A stretch of DNA of 64,000 bases from an uncultured Gemmatimonadales bacterium (lineage in GTDB: Bacteria; Gemmatimonadota; Gemmatimonadetes; Gemmatimonadales; Gemmatimonadaceae): positions 32,001 to 96,000 of the forward strand of contig CAWBZV010000004.1 of assembly GCA_963793305.1 (NCBI GenBank), read 5' to 3'. This document shows, one piece after another, positions 19,482 to 30,612 of this stretch. Below the pieces are notes generated by a model that was not told the origin of the DNA, made no database searches, and was given only the letters and a program-made list of their open reading frames with translations. The first letter of the stretch is position 1, and the number at the start of each line of letters is the position of its first letter. A program made the position numbers and the translations under genes.

Positions 19482-20787
19482 GATGGGCCGGCTTGGCCGG
19501 TTTGCCCGGCGTGAACCGACGCGACCGCGGTGCAACGCGACTCGGGGGGACAACGCGCCGGAAACCACGCGGCGGCCGCTCAATAACCGCCGCGAAGCGA
19601 GCGGCGCTGTGCTCATGTGGGCGCCCATCGAACCGCACGCTCCGAGCGTCGTCCGAGTAGAGCGCCGATTCGTCGAAGGCGCGCACCAAGGCCCGACGGG
19701 TGTCGGCGTCGGCCGACGTGTCGAGCCAGAAAACCCGATGGGCCGGCGACGGCACACGCGCCACAGGCCACTCGTGCCGCGTGCTGTCGCGGAGCGCGAG
19801 CTGCACGTCGTCCTCGTTCGTGTCGTACCGGGCGACGATGTCGATCTTGCCATGCCGCCACACGACCGCCGTCGAATCGGCATTTGGCAGCGTTGGTCGG
19901 ACTTCGCGCCACCATGCCGGCAGCGGTCCCGCCACCGGAATGGACCCGAGCGAGAGATACCGCCCGCTCCCCGTCGCCCCATGCCCGGGCACGATGAACG
20001 TCACCCCGAGCGCGCGATCACGATCGCCGAGCGTAAAGCTCAACGGATCAAACAAGAACGCCCCGCCAGTGAGCGCCCTCGACCCACGCCGCTCGGACTC
20101 GTCACCGGCCTCTCCAATCGAGCGCGCCGAATCCTTCATCGCGGCAAACCGCCGCTCGCCGGCCGCGAGCATCCGTTCTGCGCCGGGGACGCCGAGCACC
20201 GAGCGGAGCGTCGCCGCGCTCTTTGACACGCCAACAGAGCGGAGGTCGAGCACCCCGTGCCGAACGGTCTCACCGGTCCCCGCCTCGCCTTTCAGCGCCC
20301 CATGGTACTGAAATGAAAGGAATGGCCCGTGGAGGTCGAGCACGTCGACCTCGCCAGTCACGGTACTGGCCGGATCGTCGGCCGCGTCCTCGTCCGGCTC
20401 GAGCGGCGAGTCGTCGGGATGCCGCACCGCATACCGGGCGGCGGCCCGACCGACCGTGGTATCCTCGAACACGGCCACGGAGTCGCCTTTGATGAGATCC
20501 CGCCGATAGATCCGTTGTCCGACAAACACGGCATTGGAGTACGACCGGTCGTCGTCCGCGACATAGATCTCATAGAACCGCCCGCCATACCGCGCGAGCG
20601 TCAACGGCGCGCCGCGCACGTGCACGCCATCCCGCCCCGTCTTGACCCAAAACGTCGAGTCGCCCGCGCCGAGCAAAAACTCGGCCGCCGGCGGGGTGAT
20701 CGCTTTTCGGCGCACGACACGTGTCGCCGAGTGCGCACTGCACCCGACGATCAATCCCAACGTTCCCACGGTCAGTACGTGACGCAT
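19471..20787 (-). CDS. Hypothetical lipoprotein
   Basis: Lipobox IVGC; long ORF in operon. Confidence 0.6.
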   Translation of the reverse strand: MRHVLTVGTLGLIVGCSAHSATRVVRRKAITPPAAEFLLGAGDSTFWVKTGRDGVHVRGAPLTLARYGGRFYEIYVADDDRSYSNAVFVGQRIYRRDLIKGDSVAVFEDTTVGRAAARYAVRHPDDSPLEPDEDAADDPASTVTGEVDVLDLHGPFLSFQYHGALKGEAGTGETVRHGVLDLRSVGVSKSAATLRSVLGVPGAERMLAAGERRFAAMKDSARSIGEAGDESERRGSRALTGGAFLFDPLSFTLGDRDRALGVTFIVPGHGATGSGRYLSLGSIPVAGPLPAWWREVRPTLPNADSTAVVWRHGKIDIVARYDTNEDDVQLALRDSTRHEWPVARVPSPAHRVFWLDTSADADTRRALVRAFDESALYSDDARSVRFDGRPHEHSAARFAAVIERPPRGFRRVVPPSRVAPRSRRFTPGKPAKPAHREH

Positions 20788-20825
20788 CGCCGAAAGATAC
20801 AGTCCTAGGAGATATTACACGACGC

Positions 20826-21947
20826 ATGATGATGACACGCGCCCTTCCACTTCTGTTGGCCTGCACGCTCACCGCTGCAGCGCAAACTCCCAACCCCCCA
20901 GTGGTCCGGGGGATCTACGTCAACCGGTTCGCGGCCCAAAGCCCGCGCAAAATGCGATCGTTGATCGCACTGGCTGACTCGACCGAGATCAACGGCTTCG
21001 TCATTGATATTAAGGACGAGTTCGGGATCAACTATGCATCGACGGATACGTTGGTCCGGCGCAACGCGGGTCGCGCCGGCGTAATCCCCGAACTCGCACA
21101 GCTGATCGACACGCTCAAGGCACATCACATCGTGCCGATCGCACGGATCGTAGTATTCAAAGATTCGGTCACGGCGCGGTTGAACCCCAGTTGGCGCATT
21201 CTCAAGTCCGACGGCACGTCGTGGCACGACAAGAAGGGGATGACATGGGTCAATCCCTATAATCACGACTTGTGGGAATACGACCTCCGTGTCGCCGACG
21301 AAGCCGCGGCGGCCGGATTCGAGGAAGTGCAGTTCGACTACATTCGCTTTCCCGAGCCGTACAAGAGCCTGCCGACGCAGGTGTTCCCTGGCGCGGGTGA
21401 TCGCGCGAAACCCGTCGTGCTCGCCGAGTTCTTGAGCGCTGCTCGGGCGCGCCTCGCGAAGAAGGGCGTCCGTACGACCGCCGACATCTTTGGTCTCGTC
21501 ACGAGCGTGCCCGGCGCCCTCGAAGTCGGACAACAGTGGGAAGATCTCGCGCAGTCAGCCAACGTCATCCTGCCAATGGTCTATCCGTCGCATTACCCGC
21601 ACGGGTCGTTTGGCCTCGACCGTCCGAACGCCGAGCCGTACAAGACCATCTTCGCGGCCATCTCCGCGGCGCATAAGCGCGATGAGAAACTCGGCCTCAC
21701 CGGCGATCACGTTCGCCCGTGGCTTCAAGCGTTCACGCTCGGCAGCCCCGCATACGGCGCGGCCGAGCTTCGGGAGCAGAAGAAGGCCGTGTATGACGCG
21801 GGGTATCAGGGTTGGGTACTATGGAACCCTGGGTCGCGCTATGACGCGGTGGCCGCCGGACTGGATAAGAAGCCAGCGCAGCCGAGTGGCGGCCAATCGC
21901 TCGCGGCTAAGAAATCTCCTGTCCCGACCACTGCTCGACAACCTTAG
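20826..21947 (+). CDS. Putative glycoside hydrolase (DUF4015-like)
   Basis: VIDIKD, IARIVVFKD, WVNPY, EVQFDYIRFP, PMVYPSHY, RPWLQAF. Confidence 0.88.
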   Translation: MMMTRALPLLLACTLTAAAQTPNPPVVRGIYVNRFAAQSPRKMRSLIALADSTEINGFVIDIKDEFGINYASTDTLVRRNAGRAGVIPELAQLIDTLKAHHIVPIARIVVFKDSVTARLNPSWRILKSDGTSWHDKKGMTWVNPYNHDLWEYDLRVADEAAAAGFEEVQFDYIRFPEPYKSLPTQVFPGAGDRAKPVVLAEFLSAARARLAKKGVRTTADIFGLVTSVPGALEVGQQWEDLAQSANVILPMVYPSHYPHGSFGLDRPNAEPYKTIFAAISAAHKRDEKLGLTGDHVRPWLQAFTLGSPAYGAAELREQKKAVYDAGYQGWVLWNPGSRYDAVAAGLDKKPAQPSGGQSLAAKKSPVPTTARQP

Positions 21948-22785
21948 CCATCTCAGCGTGATCGGCCTCAGCTCCTAAGAGGTTGTGCGCGATTCGTAGG
22001 AGCTCGGCTGTGAGTTGGAGTACTGGCGCTGGAGTGCGTTGATCGCGGATAAACTGCGCCGCGATCCCCACATCCTTGTCGAGCAACGCCAGCCGAAACG
22101 TCCGCGGAAACTTCCGCGTGACCACGCGCTGTGGGATCAAGTTCATTGACGCATTCGACCGGCCGCTCGATGCGTTGATCACGTCGAGCGCCACCGTCGG
22201 CGACACACCCGCGCTCTTGAGCGCCGCCAGGCCCTCGGCCGCCGACCAGAGATGCACGGCGAGCAGCGCGTTGTTCACGGCTTTGACCGCATCGCCACTG
22301 CCGATCGGTCCGCAAAGCACGATCTTCTGACCGACCGCGTCGAGCACCCCTCGCACCCGCTCGAGCACGCGCCCGTCACCGCCAACCATGATGGTGAGCG
22401 TGCCCGCCTCTGCCCCCGCGACGCCCCCACTCACCGGAGCATCGAGATACGACACGCCGACCGTGGCAAGCCGCGCCGCTATCCGGCGACTGCCCGCCGG
22501 GTCGCCCGACGTGAAATCCACCCACACGGCACCCTTCTGGAGCGCCGGCAGTGCTTGGTCGAGCAGTCCCTCGACATCGGGCGATGTCGGCAGGCACGAC
22601 GAGACGATCTCGGCGCCGCGGACCGCGTCGGCGACGGTCTGTGCGGCGGTGACGTCGTGCTCGGCCGCGAAAGTCGCGGCTTTGGCGGCCGTGCGGTTCC
22701 ATACCGTGAGCTCGCACGTGCGCGCGAGCCGCGCGGCCATCGGCGTACCAATGTCGCCAAGGCCGAGAAAAGCGAGACGGGGCAT
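21907..22785 (-). CDS. 3-hydroxyisobutyrate dehydrogenase-family oxidoreductase
   Basis: GLGDIG, DAPVSGG, GTLTIMVGG, KAVNN. Confidence 0.92.
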   Translation of the reverse strand: MPRLAFLGLGDIGTPMAARLARTCELTVWNRTAAKAATFAAEHDVTAAQTVADAVRGAEIVSSCLPTSPDVEGLLDQALPALQKGAVWVDFTSGDPAGSRRIAARLATVGVSYLDAPVSGGVAGAEAGTLTIMVGGDGRVLERVRGVLDAVGQKIVLCGPIGSGDAVKAVNNALLAVHLWSAAEGLAALKSAGVSPTVALDVINASSGRSNASMNLIPQRVVTRKFPRTFRLALLDKDVGIAAQFIRDQRTPAPVLQLTAELLRIAHNLLGAEADHAEMAKVVEQWSGQEIS

Positions 22786-22824
22786 GTGGCGGAAATTAAC
22801 CGGGCATGCGTAAACTCAAGGGCT

Positions 22825-23200
22825 ATGGCGCCCCTGGATCCATGTCCGAGCTCGCCGAACTGCGTGTCGACCCAAGCTTCGGTGGACGATCGCCAGCATC
22901 ACATGCCGGCGATCCCGTTCACGATTCCGACCCAGGCGGTGGTGCACGCGATCATGGACGTGATCGCCGAGTATCCGCGGACCCGCATCGTGTCGCGGGA
23001 CACGCACTACGTGCACGCCGAGTTCAAGAGCCGGCTGTTCCGGTTCGTCGACGACGTTCGAGCTCGTGGTCGACCCCGTCGCGCACCTCGTCCACTTTCG
23101 CTCGGCGTCCCGCGTCGGGCATAGCGACTTGGGCGTCAATCGTCGGCGGATGGAGGAGCTGAGCCGAACCCTCCACGCGAGAATCGCACCCCGTGGTTAG
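22825..23200 (+). CDS. DUF1499 family protein, frameshift near 23057
   Basis: CPSSPNCVS, FVDDV then (shifted) E...RSASRVGHSDLGVNRRR. Confidence 0.88.
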
Positions 23201-24344
23201 CGAGCTTGCCTTAGCGATCGCTGTTCTGGCCCAGCCCACCTCCATGGCCAGGCTGCTCAACGGCATCGACAGCGTCGCGGTCAGCCACGGATTCTCCGGC
23301 GTCATCATGGTCGGGGAAACGGACGGGGATATGGATTTCGCCCGTTCCTATGGTGTGGGCAATCGCGTCGACACAAAATTCGTGACGGCATCCGTAGCCC
23401 AGACGTTCACGGCCGTCGCTGTCCTCATGCTCGTACAGGACGGTAAGATCGCGCTCGACGCGCCGCTCTCGCGCTATCTGCCGGACAGTGTCTATCCGCA
23501 CGACCGCGCCGATCGCATCACGATCCGTCAGCTGCTCACACACACCGCGGGCCTTGGGCCCGGCGCCGTCAGACTGCCGCAGTTTCGTGCTGCGCCGCAA
23601 TCATTCACGAGCCTCGATCAGATCATCGCGCTGATTCGCGCGCAGCCGTTGGCCGGTGACACCGGGCATTTCTCCTACAGCGGCGCCGACTGTGATCTGC
23701 TCGGCGCCGTGATCGAGCACGTCTCCGGGCAGCCCTTCCCGGATTTCGTCCGCGATCGGGTCTTCACACGGGCGGGCATGACCAACTCGAGCTTCGACAT
23801 TGCGAACCGGCCCTCGAATCTCGCCCGCGTGAACGAGGCGATGCTGCCCCGCATCGGCCTGCCCGAGGCCGTCGCCTATACCAACGCGAGAGACCTATAT
23901 CTCTTCGCCGGAACGCTCCTCAGGCGTCCCCTCCCCGGTCTCTTTACCGATACCGTCACGACGGGCCAGGAAGGCCCGAATCACGCCTACGGGTATGGGT
24001 TCTTCGTCGGGAAGATCGGCCGCAATCGTATCGTCAACCACGGCGGCACGGGGCCGGGTATCGACAACGCGTTCGACATCTATCCCGACCTGGACCTCTT
24101 CGTGATCATCCTGTCGAACCAGGACCCGCCCGCCGCTCAAAATATTCGGCAGTATCTGCGCGACGGGATCGCGCCGCTCCGCGGCACGTCGAGCAGCACA
24201 CTACGCTGCTCGACTGGTCGGTTCGCCTCCGGGGGGCAAACCCCAACTACGCCCCCCGGAGCCCCCATTACAACATCACAGATAACTCAACCACGGGCTC
24301 CGGCGGGTGGCCTTGAGGCGCGCGTACCACTGGCACACGGGTAG
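23193..24344 (+). CDS. Serine hydrolase, beta-lactamase/AmpC-like fold
   Basis: ITIRQLLTHTAG, HGG; SxxK appears as SVAQ and YxN as YSG, so possibly inactive; tail runs through hairpins. Confidence 0.8.
   Translation: MVSELALAIAVLAQPTSMARLLNGIDSVAVSHGFSGVIMVGETDGDMDFARSYGVGNRVDTKFVTASVAQTFTAVAVLMLVQDGKIALDAPLSRYLPDSVYPHDRADRITIRQLLTHTAGLGPGAVRLPQFRAAPQSFTSLDQIIALIRAQPLAGDTGHFSYSGADCDLLGAVIEHVSGQPFPDFVRDRVFTRAGMTNSSFDIANRPSNLARVNEAMLPRIGLPEAVAYTNARDLYLFAGTLLRRPLPGLFTDTVTTGQEGPNHAYGYGFFVGKIGRNRIVNHGGTGPGIDNAFDIYPDLDLFVIILSNQDPPAAQNIRQYLRDGIAPLRGTSSSTLRCSTGRFASGGQTPTTPPGAPITTSQITQPRAPAGGLEARVPLAHG
24188..24260. repeat. Two adjacent perfect 10-bp hairpins (REP-like)
   Basis: GTCGAGCAGC-N7-GCTGCTCGAC and TCCGGGGGGC-N13-GCCCCCCGGA. 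Confidence 0.7.
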
Positions 24345-25391
24345 CAGGATCGCGATGACGATAATCCAGACGAGATAGAGCAGCCCGAGACTCCACGTGT
24401 AGCCCTGCGGTGGCTCGGGGTTCCACATCGGGTGGTTCGTGAAGAGCCACGGGTCGACGGCCCCGGTCCGAATCAGCGACACGACGCAGGCCGCGGCGTG
24501 AATCAGCGGGATGTGCAGGACATAGAAGAAGAGCGGCACGCGACCGAATGTGTCGAGCACTCGCGGCCCCTTCACGAAGGGCAGCACGAGGATCGTCGGC
24601 CCGAGCGTCATGAGGAGGTAGTCTAGCGACGCCGGATACTTCGTCGTATTCAGAAACCGGATGACAAACGGTACCTGCGCGGGCAAGGCATGCCACGGCC
24701 GCGGATCGCCGTAGCCGTCGATCCCGCGCAGTATGAGAAAGAGCACCGTCGCACCGAGGCCGATCGCGATGCACAGGTCGCGACGTTGCACGATGGCGCC
24801 GAAGGCGTAGCCGGCCGCCATGACCGCGACCCAAGGGACGATCACGTAAAGCACCGCGAGAATTCCGACGGCGCCGCCGTAGTAGAGAATCTGCGCGAGC
24901 CACGAGACGCCTTCGTGCGCCGAAGGCAGCAGGTTATGACCCGCGATGATGGCGAGCGCCCCGACGGCGATCGCGGGCAGCGGCAGCCAGATGATCCCAG
25001 CGAGCAGCACCATGCACCAGCCCAGTGCCCAGATCACGCCGGCCAGGAGATAATGGCTGTAGTCGAAGTTGAACGTCCACGCGAAACGCAGGACGGTCAA
25101 CTCCAGCAGCACGAGAAACAACCCGCGCGTGACGAGAAACCGGGACATCTCGCGCTTGTCGCCGCGGCGCTGCAGACGCAAGTAGGCGCCGGTGCCGGCG
25201 AGAAAAAAGAATGCCGGCGCACAGAAGTGCGTGACCCAACGCGTGAAGAATATGCCTGGCGTAGGACCACCCGGCGGCAAACCCGAATACACGCGGACGT
25301 GGTCGAGCGCCATCAGCACCATGACGGCGCCACGGACAATGTCGATCGACGCGATGCGGTCGGAAGGGCCAAGCCGCGGGGCGGCAGTCAT
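24276..25391 (-). CDS. DUF1624 / HGSNAT-like membrane protein
   Basis: SIDIVRG..M.LMALDH, TRWVTHFCAP, KYPASL, FGRVPLFFY..H. Confidence 0.88.
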   Translation of the reverse strand: MTAAPRLGPSDRIASIDIVRGAVMVLMALDHVRVYSGLPPGGPTPGIFFTRWVTHFCAPAFFFLAGTGAYLRLQRRGDKREMSRFLVTRGLFLVLLELTVLRFAWTFNFDYSHYLLAGVIWALGWCMVLLAGIIWLPLPAIAVGALAIIAGHNLLPSAHEGVSWLAQILYYGGAVGILAVLYVIVPWVAVMAAGYAFGAIVQRRDLCIAIGLGATVLFLILRGIDGYGDPRPWHALPAQVPFVIRFLNTTKYPASLDYLLMTLGPTILVLPFVKGPRVLDTFGRVPLFFYVLHIPLIHAAACVVSLIRTGAVDPWLFTNHPMWNPEPPQGYTWSLGLLYLVWIIVIAILLPVCQWYARLKATRRSPWLSYL

Positions 25392-25434
25392 ACCGGCGAC
25401 GCTACACGGTCAGGCCTCGGCGGGCAAGCGCGAG

Positions 25435-26187
25435 TCAGGGAACGGCGTGCGGGCTGCCGTGAGCGGTCGACCGCAGGAGCGCCTGGAGCGCGGCACGACG
25501 GCGACGGCTCACGGGCACCGTCGTGCCATTGCGCAGCACCGCCACCGTGCGCCCGTCCGCCAACGCACGGATCTCCCGAATCCGGTCGAGCCGCACGAGC
25601 GCGGCCCTGTGCACCCGGACGAACTGCGCCTTGCCGAGCCGGCGCCAGAGCGAGGCGAGGGACTCGCGGATCAGGCGATGCGTGCCGCCGGCGTGAATGC
25701 GCGAGTAATAGTCCTCGGCCTCGATCCAATCGATCTCCGTCGCCGGGACCACGAGCGAACCGCTCGGCGTCCCGACAACGAGCGCGCCGAGCCGCGCGGA
25801 TTGCCCGACGATGTCGCCGACCCGCACGCGCTCACGCACGCGCGCCATAGCGGCCGCGAACCGCGCGGCGACGAGCGGCTTGACGAGATAGTCGAGCGCC
25901 TGGGCCTCGAACGCCTTGACCGCGAAGGCATTGTAGGCGGTGACGAACACGACGATCGGCATGCGGTCGACGCCGCGCTCGCGGATCACGCCGAAGGCGT
26001 CGAGCTCCGGCATCTGCACGTCGAGGAATACGAGATCTGGGGCCAGCGTCTCCAATGCATCCAGCGCGGCCTTCCCATCGCGACACTCCCCGACAACCAC
26101 GACATCGCTCTCGCGCGCGAGCAACTGACGAACACCGCGGCGCGCGAGCGGCTCGTCGTCGACGATGAGCGCGCAGATCTCACGCAT
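25435..26187 (-). CDS. LytTR family response regulator
   Basis: DDEPLAR, FLDVQMP, DYLVKP, FVRVHR, VSRR. Confidence 0.93.
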   Translation of the reverse strand: MREICALIVDDEPLARRGVRQLLARESDVVVVGECRDGKAALDALETLAPDLVFLDVQMPELDAFGVIRERGVDRMPIVVFVTAYNAFAVKAFEAQALDYLVKPLVAARFAAAMARVRERVRVGDIVGQSARLGALVVGTPSGSLVVPATEIDWIEAEDYYSRIHAGGTHRLIRESLASLWRRLGKAQFVRVHRAALVRLDRIREIRALADGRTVAVLRNGTTVPVSRRRRAALQALLRSTAHGSPHAVP

Positions 26188-27187
26188 GGTATGGAAGCCT
26201 CACCGTTGCGACCGTCCCGCCACCCGGCGGTGAGGTCAAGTCCAATCTCGCACGGCCGCCATGCAACGTCGCGAGCCGCGCGCGGATATTCGCGAGCCCG
26301 ACGCCCGACGCGTTCACCTCGGCGAGGCCCGGCCCGTCGTCCGAAACGACAAGGACGAGATCGTCGCCGTCGCGTCGGGCCGAGATGCGAACGTGGCCGG
26401 ACTCGGTGCGCTTGGCGATGCCGTGGCGGACGGCATTCTCGACCAGCTGCTGCAGCACCAGCGCCGGGACGGCGGCGCCGAGTGTGTCGGGGGCGATATC
26501 AAGCGTCGGCCGCAACCGATCGGAAAACCGAATCTGCTCGACCACGAGATACCGGTTGAGAAACGCCAATTCCTCGGCCAGCGTGATCTCGTGCTTGGCA
26601 TCCGGTTTGAGCAACTCGTGCAGCATTATGCCCAACTCCTCGATCACGCGCGAGGCCGTCTCGGTATCCCGGTCGCGCACGAGCACGCCGACCGCGTTCA
26701 GACTATTGAAGAGAAAATGCGGGTTGAGCTGCCCGCGCAATGCCGTCAGTCTCGCCTCGCGCGACTCGAAGAAATAGAAGACGGCCCGCTCGGCTCCGAC
26801 GACCGCGAAGTAGACCGCGACGCCGAACGGGAGCGTGATGAAGAACCAGCTGACGAGAAACTGCTCGGTGATGGCTCCGTCGGCTCCCGGTATCAACAGG
26901 CGCCGGAGCACGGCCCCGGAGCCCGCCCATGCGGCACACGAGACGAGCGAGGCGACCACGTGCAGCGCGACGTGGCCGCGCAATGGATAGCGCCGCGCCA
27001 AGCGCCAGATCACTGGCGTCAGCGCGCCGTACAGGAGCCAGTCGCCGCCTTGCCAGAGCAGGCTCCGCGCATCGGCCGGCTCGTGGTACAGCCGCGACTG
27101 GGCGTACGCGTTGAGAACAGCCAGGATCGCTGGCCCAACCCACGCCAGCGAGATGATCGCCCAGAGCGGCGGCGATCGACGGTTCAG
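26180..27187 (-). CDS. LytS/YehU family sensor histidine kinase
   Basis: [37 protein letters not shown]; start uncertain (CTG overlapping upstream stop). Confidence 0.9.
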   Translation of the reverse strand: MNRRSPPLWAIISLAWVGPAILAVLNAYAQSRLYHEPADARSLLWQGGDWLLYGALTPVIWRLARRYPLRGHVALHVVASLVSCAAWAGSGAVLRRLLIPGADGAITEQFLVSWFFITLPFGVAVYFAVVGAERAVFYFFESREARLTALRGQLNPHFLFNSLNAVGVLVRDRDTETASRVIEELGIMLHELLKPDAKHEITLAEELAFLNRYLVVEQIRFSDRLRPTLDIAPDTLGAAVPALVLQQLVENAVRHGIAKRTESGHVRISARRDGDDLVLVVSDDGPGLAEVNASGVGLANIRARLATLHGGRARLDLTSPPGGGTVATVRLPYHA

Positions 27188-29094
27188 ACGCCGACGGTCT
27201 CGCGCCGCTCCGGCTGTGGCGGCGTCTGAGGGGTGGCCGCGGACGCGAGCGGCGAGAGCCCGACGATGCCCTGCTCCAGCCACCGGTGCTCGCCCTTGAG
27301 GACTTGCTGCGCGAGCCGATAGATGGCGGGATCGTCCTTGCCGAACAGCGCCCGGAAATGCTCGCGCACGCGATCGCGAGCCGTGCGGCAAAAGACGTCA
27401 GCCAGTACCAGCGCCTCCTTCTGCCCGTTCGCCGCGAGCATATACGCCCGAGAGCACGCGGCCGACATCGCGAAGAGCTCGGCGCCAATGTCCACCGCCC
27501 GAAACAACACCATCTGCCGTTTCTCGAGCTTCGGCCCGAACCGCACCATCGCATGGAAGATCGACCGCCCGAGACACCGCGTGGCCCGCTCGGCGAACCG
27601 GAGATGCCGCGCCAGCGGCCCAAACTGGGTATACGCCGCCACTTGACCACGGCCGAACCAGCGGGCCGCATACCAGGCAGGATAGAACTTGGCGATGCGC
27701 CCCACGGCTGCCCAACGCGCTTTCGCCGATGACTTCGGGTCGATCAGCGCAAACGCCGTCTTGAAGTGATGATCGACCGCCTCGCGCGCGATGAACAATC
27801 GCATGATCTCCGACGAGCCCTCGAAGATCAGGTTGATCCGAAAATCGCGCATCGCCCGCTCGACGGCGATCGGCGGCTCGCCGCGACTCTTGAGCGAGTC
27901 CGCGGTCTCATATCCACGCCCGCCGCGGACCTGCAGCGCGTCGTCGACAATGCGCCACCCGGCCTCGGTGTTGTACATCTTCGCGATCGCCGCCTCGAGG
28001 CGGATATCATATCCGCCGCGCTCATAGAGCGCCGTCGAGAGCTCGGCGATCGCCTCCATCGCGAACGTGTTCGCGGCCATGAGCGAAAGCTTGCGCGCCA
28101 CCGCCTCGTGCTTGCCGATCGGCTGGCCCCACTGCACCCGCTCGTTCGACCACCGCCGCGTGACCTCGATCATGGCCTTGGTGGCGCCCACCGCGCTGGC
28201 CGGAAGGGTCAGTCTCCCGGTATTCAACGTGGTCAACGCCAGCTTGAGTCCCTTGCCTTCGCCCCACAGGATATTCTCGCGGGGCACCCGCACGTTATTG
28301 AATCGGATCAGACCATTCTCGATCGCCTTGAGCCCCATGAACCGGAGCCGGTGCACGATCTCGACGCCAGGCCAGGAGGCTTCGACGATGAAGGCCGTAA
28401 TTTGTCTTTTTGGCTTTCCGGCGACCATCACATCCGGCGTGCGCGCCATGACGACATACAACTCGGCGCGCGTGCCATTCGTGCACCAGAGCTTGTCGCC
28501 GTTCAGTATGAAGGCCGCGCCGCCATCGACCGGCGTGGCGCTCGTCGTCATGTTCGCCGGATCGGAGCCGGCGTTAACCTCGGTCAGGGCGAACGCGGAG
28601 ATCGCCCCCTTCGCCAGGCGCGGGAAATATTTTCGCTTTTGTTCGTCTGTGCCGAACAGCTTGAGCGGCTGCGGGACGCCGATCGACTGGGAGGCCGAGA
28701 GCAATGCGGTGAGCGAGCCGTCTTTCGAGGTCACCATTTCCATGGCCCGCACATACGTCATCTGCGAAAGCCCGAGCCCACCGTACTCTTTCGGGATCTT
28801 GATCCCGAACGCGCCCATATCGCGCAGCTCCTGCACGATCGCCTCGGGAATCTCGCCGGTGCGATCGATCGCATCCGAATCGACGCGCGTCAGAAATTCT
28901 TTGAGCCGCGCCAGGAACGGCGCGGCGCGCACCGCGTCTTCCGGATCTTCTTTCGGGTGCGGGTGGATGAGATCGAGCCGGAACCGTCCCAGGAAGAGCT
29001 CGCGAACGAAGCTCGGGTGCGTCCACTCGGTCTCGCGCGCCGCTTCGGCAACGTCGCGGGCTTCTTGCTCGGAGACGGCAGTATGGTCGGTCAC
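27184..29094 (-). CDS. Acyl-CoA dehydrogenase (long, VLCAD-like)
   Basis: [33 protein letters not shown]. Confidence 0.95.
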   Translation of the reverse strand: MTDHTAVSEQEARDVAEAARETEWTHPSFVRELFLGRFRLDLIHPHPKEDPEDAVRAAPFLARLKEFLTRVDSDAIDRTGEIPEAIVQELRDMGAFGIKIPKEYGGLGLSQMTYVRAMEMVTSKDGSLTALLSASQSIGVPQPLKLFGTDEQKRKYFPRLAKGAISAFALTEVNAGSDPANMTTSATPVDGGAAFILNGDKLWCTNGTRAELYVVMARTPDVMVAGKPKRQITAFIVEASWPGVEIVHRLRFMGLKAIENGLIRFNNVRVPRENILWGEGKGLKLALTTLNTGRLTLPASAVGATKAMIEVTRRWSNERVQWGQPIGKHEAVARKLSLMAANTFAMEAIAELSTALYERGGYDIRLEAAIAKMYNTEAGWRIVDDALQVRGGRGYETADSLKSRGEPPIAVERAMRDFRINLIFEGSSEIMRLFIAREAVDHHFKTAFALIDPKSSAKARWAAVGRIAKFYPAWYAARWFGRGQVAAYTQFGPLARHLRFAERATRCLGRSIFHAMVRFGPKLEKRQMVLFRAVDIGAELFAMSAACSRAYMLAANGQKEALVLADVFCRTARDRVREHFRALFGKDDPAIYRLAQQVLKGEHRWLEQGIVGLSPLASAATPQTPPQPERRETVGV

Positions 29095-29107
29095 CAAGAT
29101 CCTCCAG

Positions 29108-29785
29108 TTACTTGAATCTAACGACCGCGAGCCCCGCGCCGATGACGGCAATGAGCGCGAACGAGAACCACTGGATCGCGTAGCTCATGTGCGGACCCTC
29201 GTCGACCGACGGTTGCCCGAAACGCACCGGGTGCGCCGGTGAGACGGCCGTATCCCCTTCGAGCATGACGTTGTATGGCCGCACGGGATAACCGGCCCAT
29301 GCGGCGACCGCCTCGGGGCTGACCCAACGCAGGCGGTCCGGCCGGTTGCCGGTGACAGCCGGGCCGGGGCCGGCCCAGAGCGTCTGGACCCGGCCCGTGC
29401 CGGATAACGAGTCCGGCTCTCGCCACTGCGCATGGTCGATCGTCGCGCCATCGGGCGAGTACACCCAGCCGCGATCGACCAGCACCGCCGTATCGTTGCC
29501 GGCCATCCGGAGGGGCGTGATCACGTCGACTCCGGGCGCGCCGTTGCGTTCCCGATACGCGAGCACGGCCTCGTGCGCATAATCATACCGCCCGTTGAGC
29601 CGCACGCGCCGAAACCGCGCCTCGCTCGTGTCCCGCGGCAGCGCCGTGACATCGACGGGAACGCCATACAGGCGCGCGACGAGCTCGGCGTTCCGCCGTT
29701 TTCGTTCGCCGAGGCGGTGGAGTTGCCACACGCCGAGGCGCACGCAGACGGCGGCGAATACCGCGGCGCACGCGATAAAGACCAC
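29108..29785 (-). CDS. SURF1 family protein
   Basis: [24 protein letters not shown]. Confidence 0.92.
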   Translation of the reverse strand: MVFIACAAVFAAVCVRLGVWQLHRLGERKRRNAELVARLYGVPVDVTALPRDTSEARFRRVRLNGRYDYAHEAVLAYRERNGAPGVDVITPLRMAGNDTAVLVDRGWVYSPDGATIDHAQWREPDSLSGTGRVQTLWAGPGPAVTGNRPDRLRWVSPEAVAAWAGYPVRPYNVMLEGDTAVSPAHPVRFGQPSVDEGPHMSYAIQWFSFALIAVIGAGLAVVRFK

Positions 29786-29796
29786 CTGCCTAGTAT

Positions 29797-30585
29797 TTAG
29801 AATAGCGACATCTGCTCGCCGAGCTGCTCAGGGTCCACTGAGTGCAGCCCCAGCGCGTGTTGCATCGCTCGTGCGGACGCGGGCGAGTGGCCGGCGAAAT
29901 GGTTATTGAAATACCCGTAGACGTTCCGCGCACGGGATAAGGCATTGGCCCACGCTTCGATCTCGCGCGAGCGATCGATTTGTACGCGCGAGTAGTCGAT
30001 GATCTCCCGGTCGGGCCCCATCCAGCGAACGTACATGAAATCCGCCGTGGGCCGTTCGACCAGCGAGAGCATGGTCTTCCGCGGAATCCACCGCGCGTCC
30101 GTGAGCGCCAGCGCGACGTGATGCTCGGCGAGCAACGCCAGCACGCCGTCATAGATCCATCCCCGATGCCGAAACTCGATCGCGACCTGGAGATCGTTCG
30201 GCAACATCGGAAGAAACGACGCCAGCGCGGGGAGCTCTGACGGCTCGAAGTCCGGCGCGAGTTGCACGAGCACCGGTCCCAGCTTCGGCCCAAGCTCGCG
30301 CACCCGGTCGAAGAACTGGACGATGAGATCGCCCGAGTCGCGCAGCCGGCGGTCGTGCGTAATCTCCTGCGGCATCTTGAGCGCAAACGCAAACCCCGCC
30401 GGACTCCGTTCGGCCCACGCCCGCACGGTCTTGGCAGGCGGGATCGCGTAGAACGTCGAGTCGACCTCGACGGTGTCGAACGCCCGACCATAGATGCTCA
30501 GATAATCCGCCGCGCGCGTTCCGGGCGGATAGAACGGTCCGACCCAGGCGTCGTAGTTCCACCCCTGAGTGCCGATGCGCACCAT
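29797..30585 (-). CDS. DUF72 family protein
   Basis: IGTQGW.Y..W.G.FYP, TVEVDSTFY, EFRH, YFNNH. Confidence 0.93.
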   Translation of the reverse strand: MVRIGTQGWNYDAWVGPFYPPGTRAADYLSIYGRAFDTVEVDSTFYAIPPAKTVRAWAERSPAGFAFALKMPQEITHDRRLRDSGDLIVQFFDRVRELGPKLGPVLVQLAPDFEPSELPALASFLPMLPNDLQVAIEFRHRGWIYDGVLALLAEHHVALALTDARWIPRKTMLSLVERPTADFMYVRWMGPDREIIDYSRVQIDRSREIEAWANALSRARNVYGYFNNHFAGHSPASARAMQHALGLHSVDPEQLGEQMSLF

Positions 30586-30612
30586 GCTTGGAACTTACAC
30601 GGATTCGCTACC

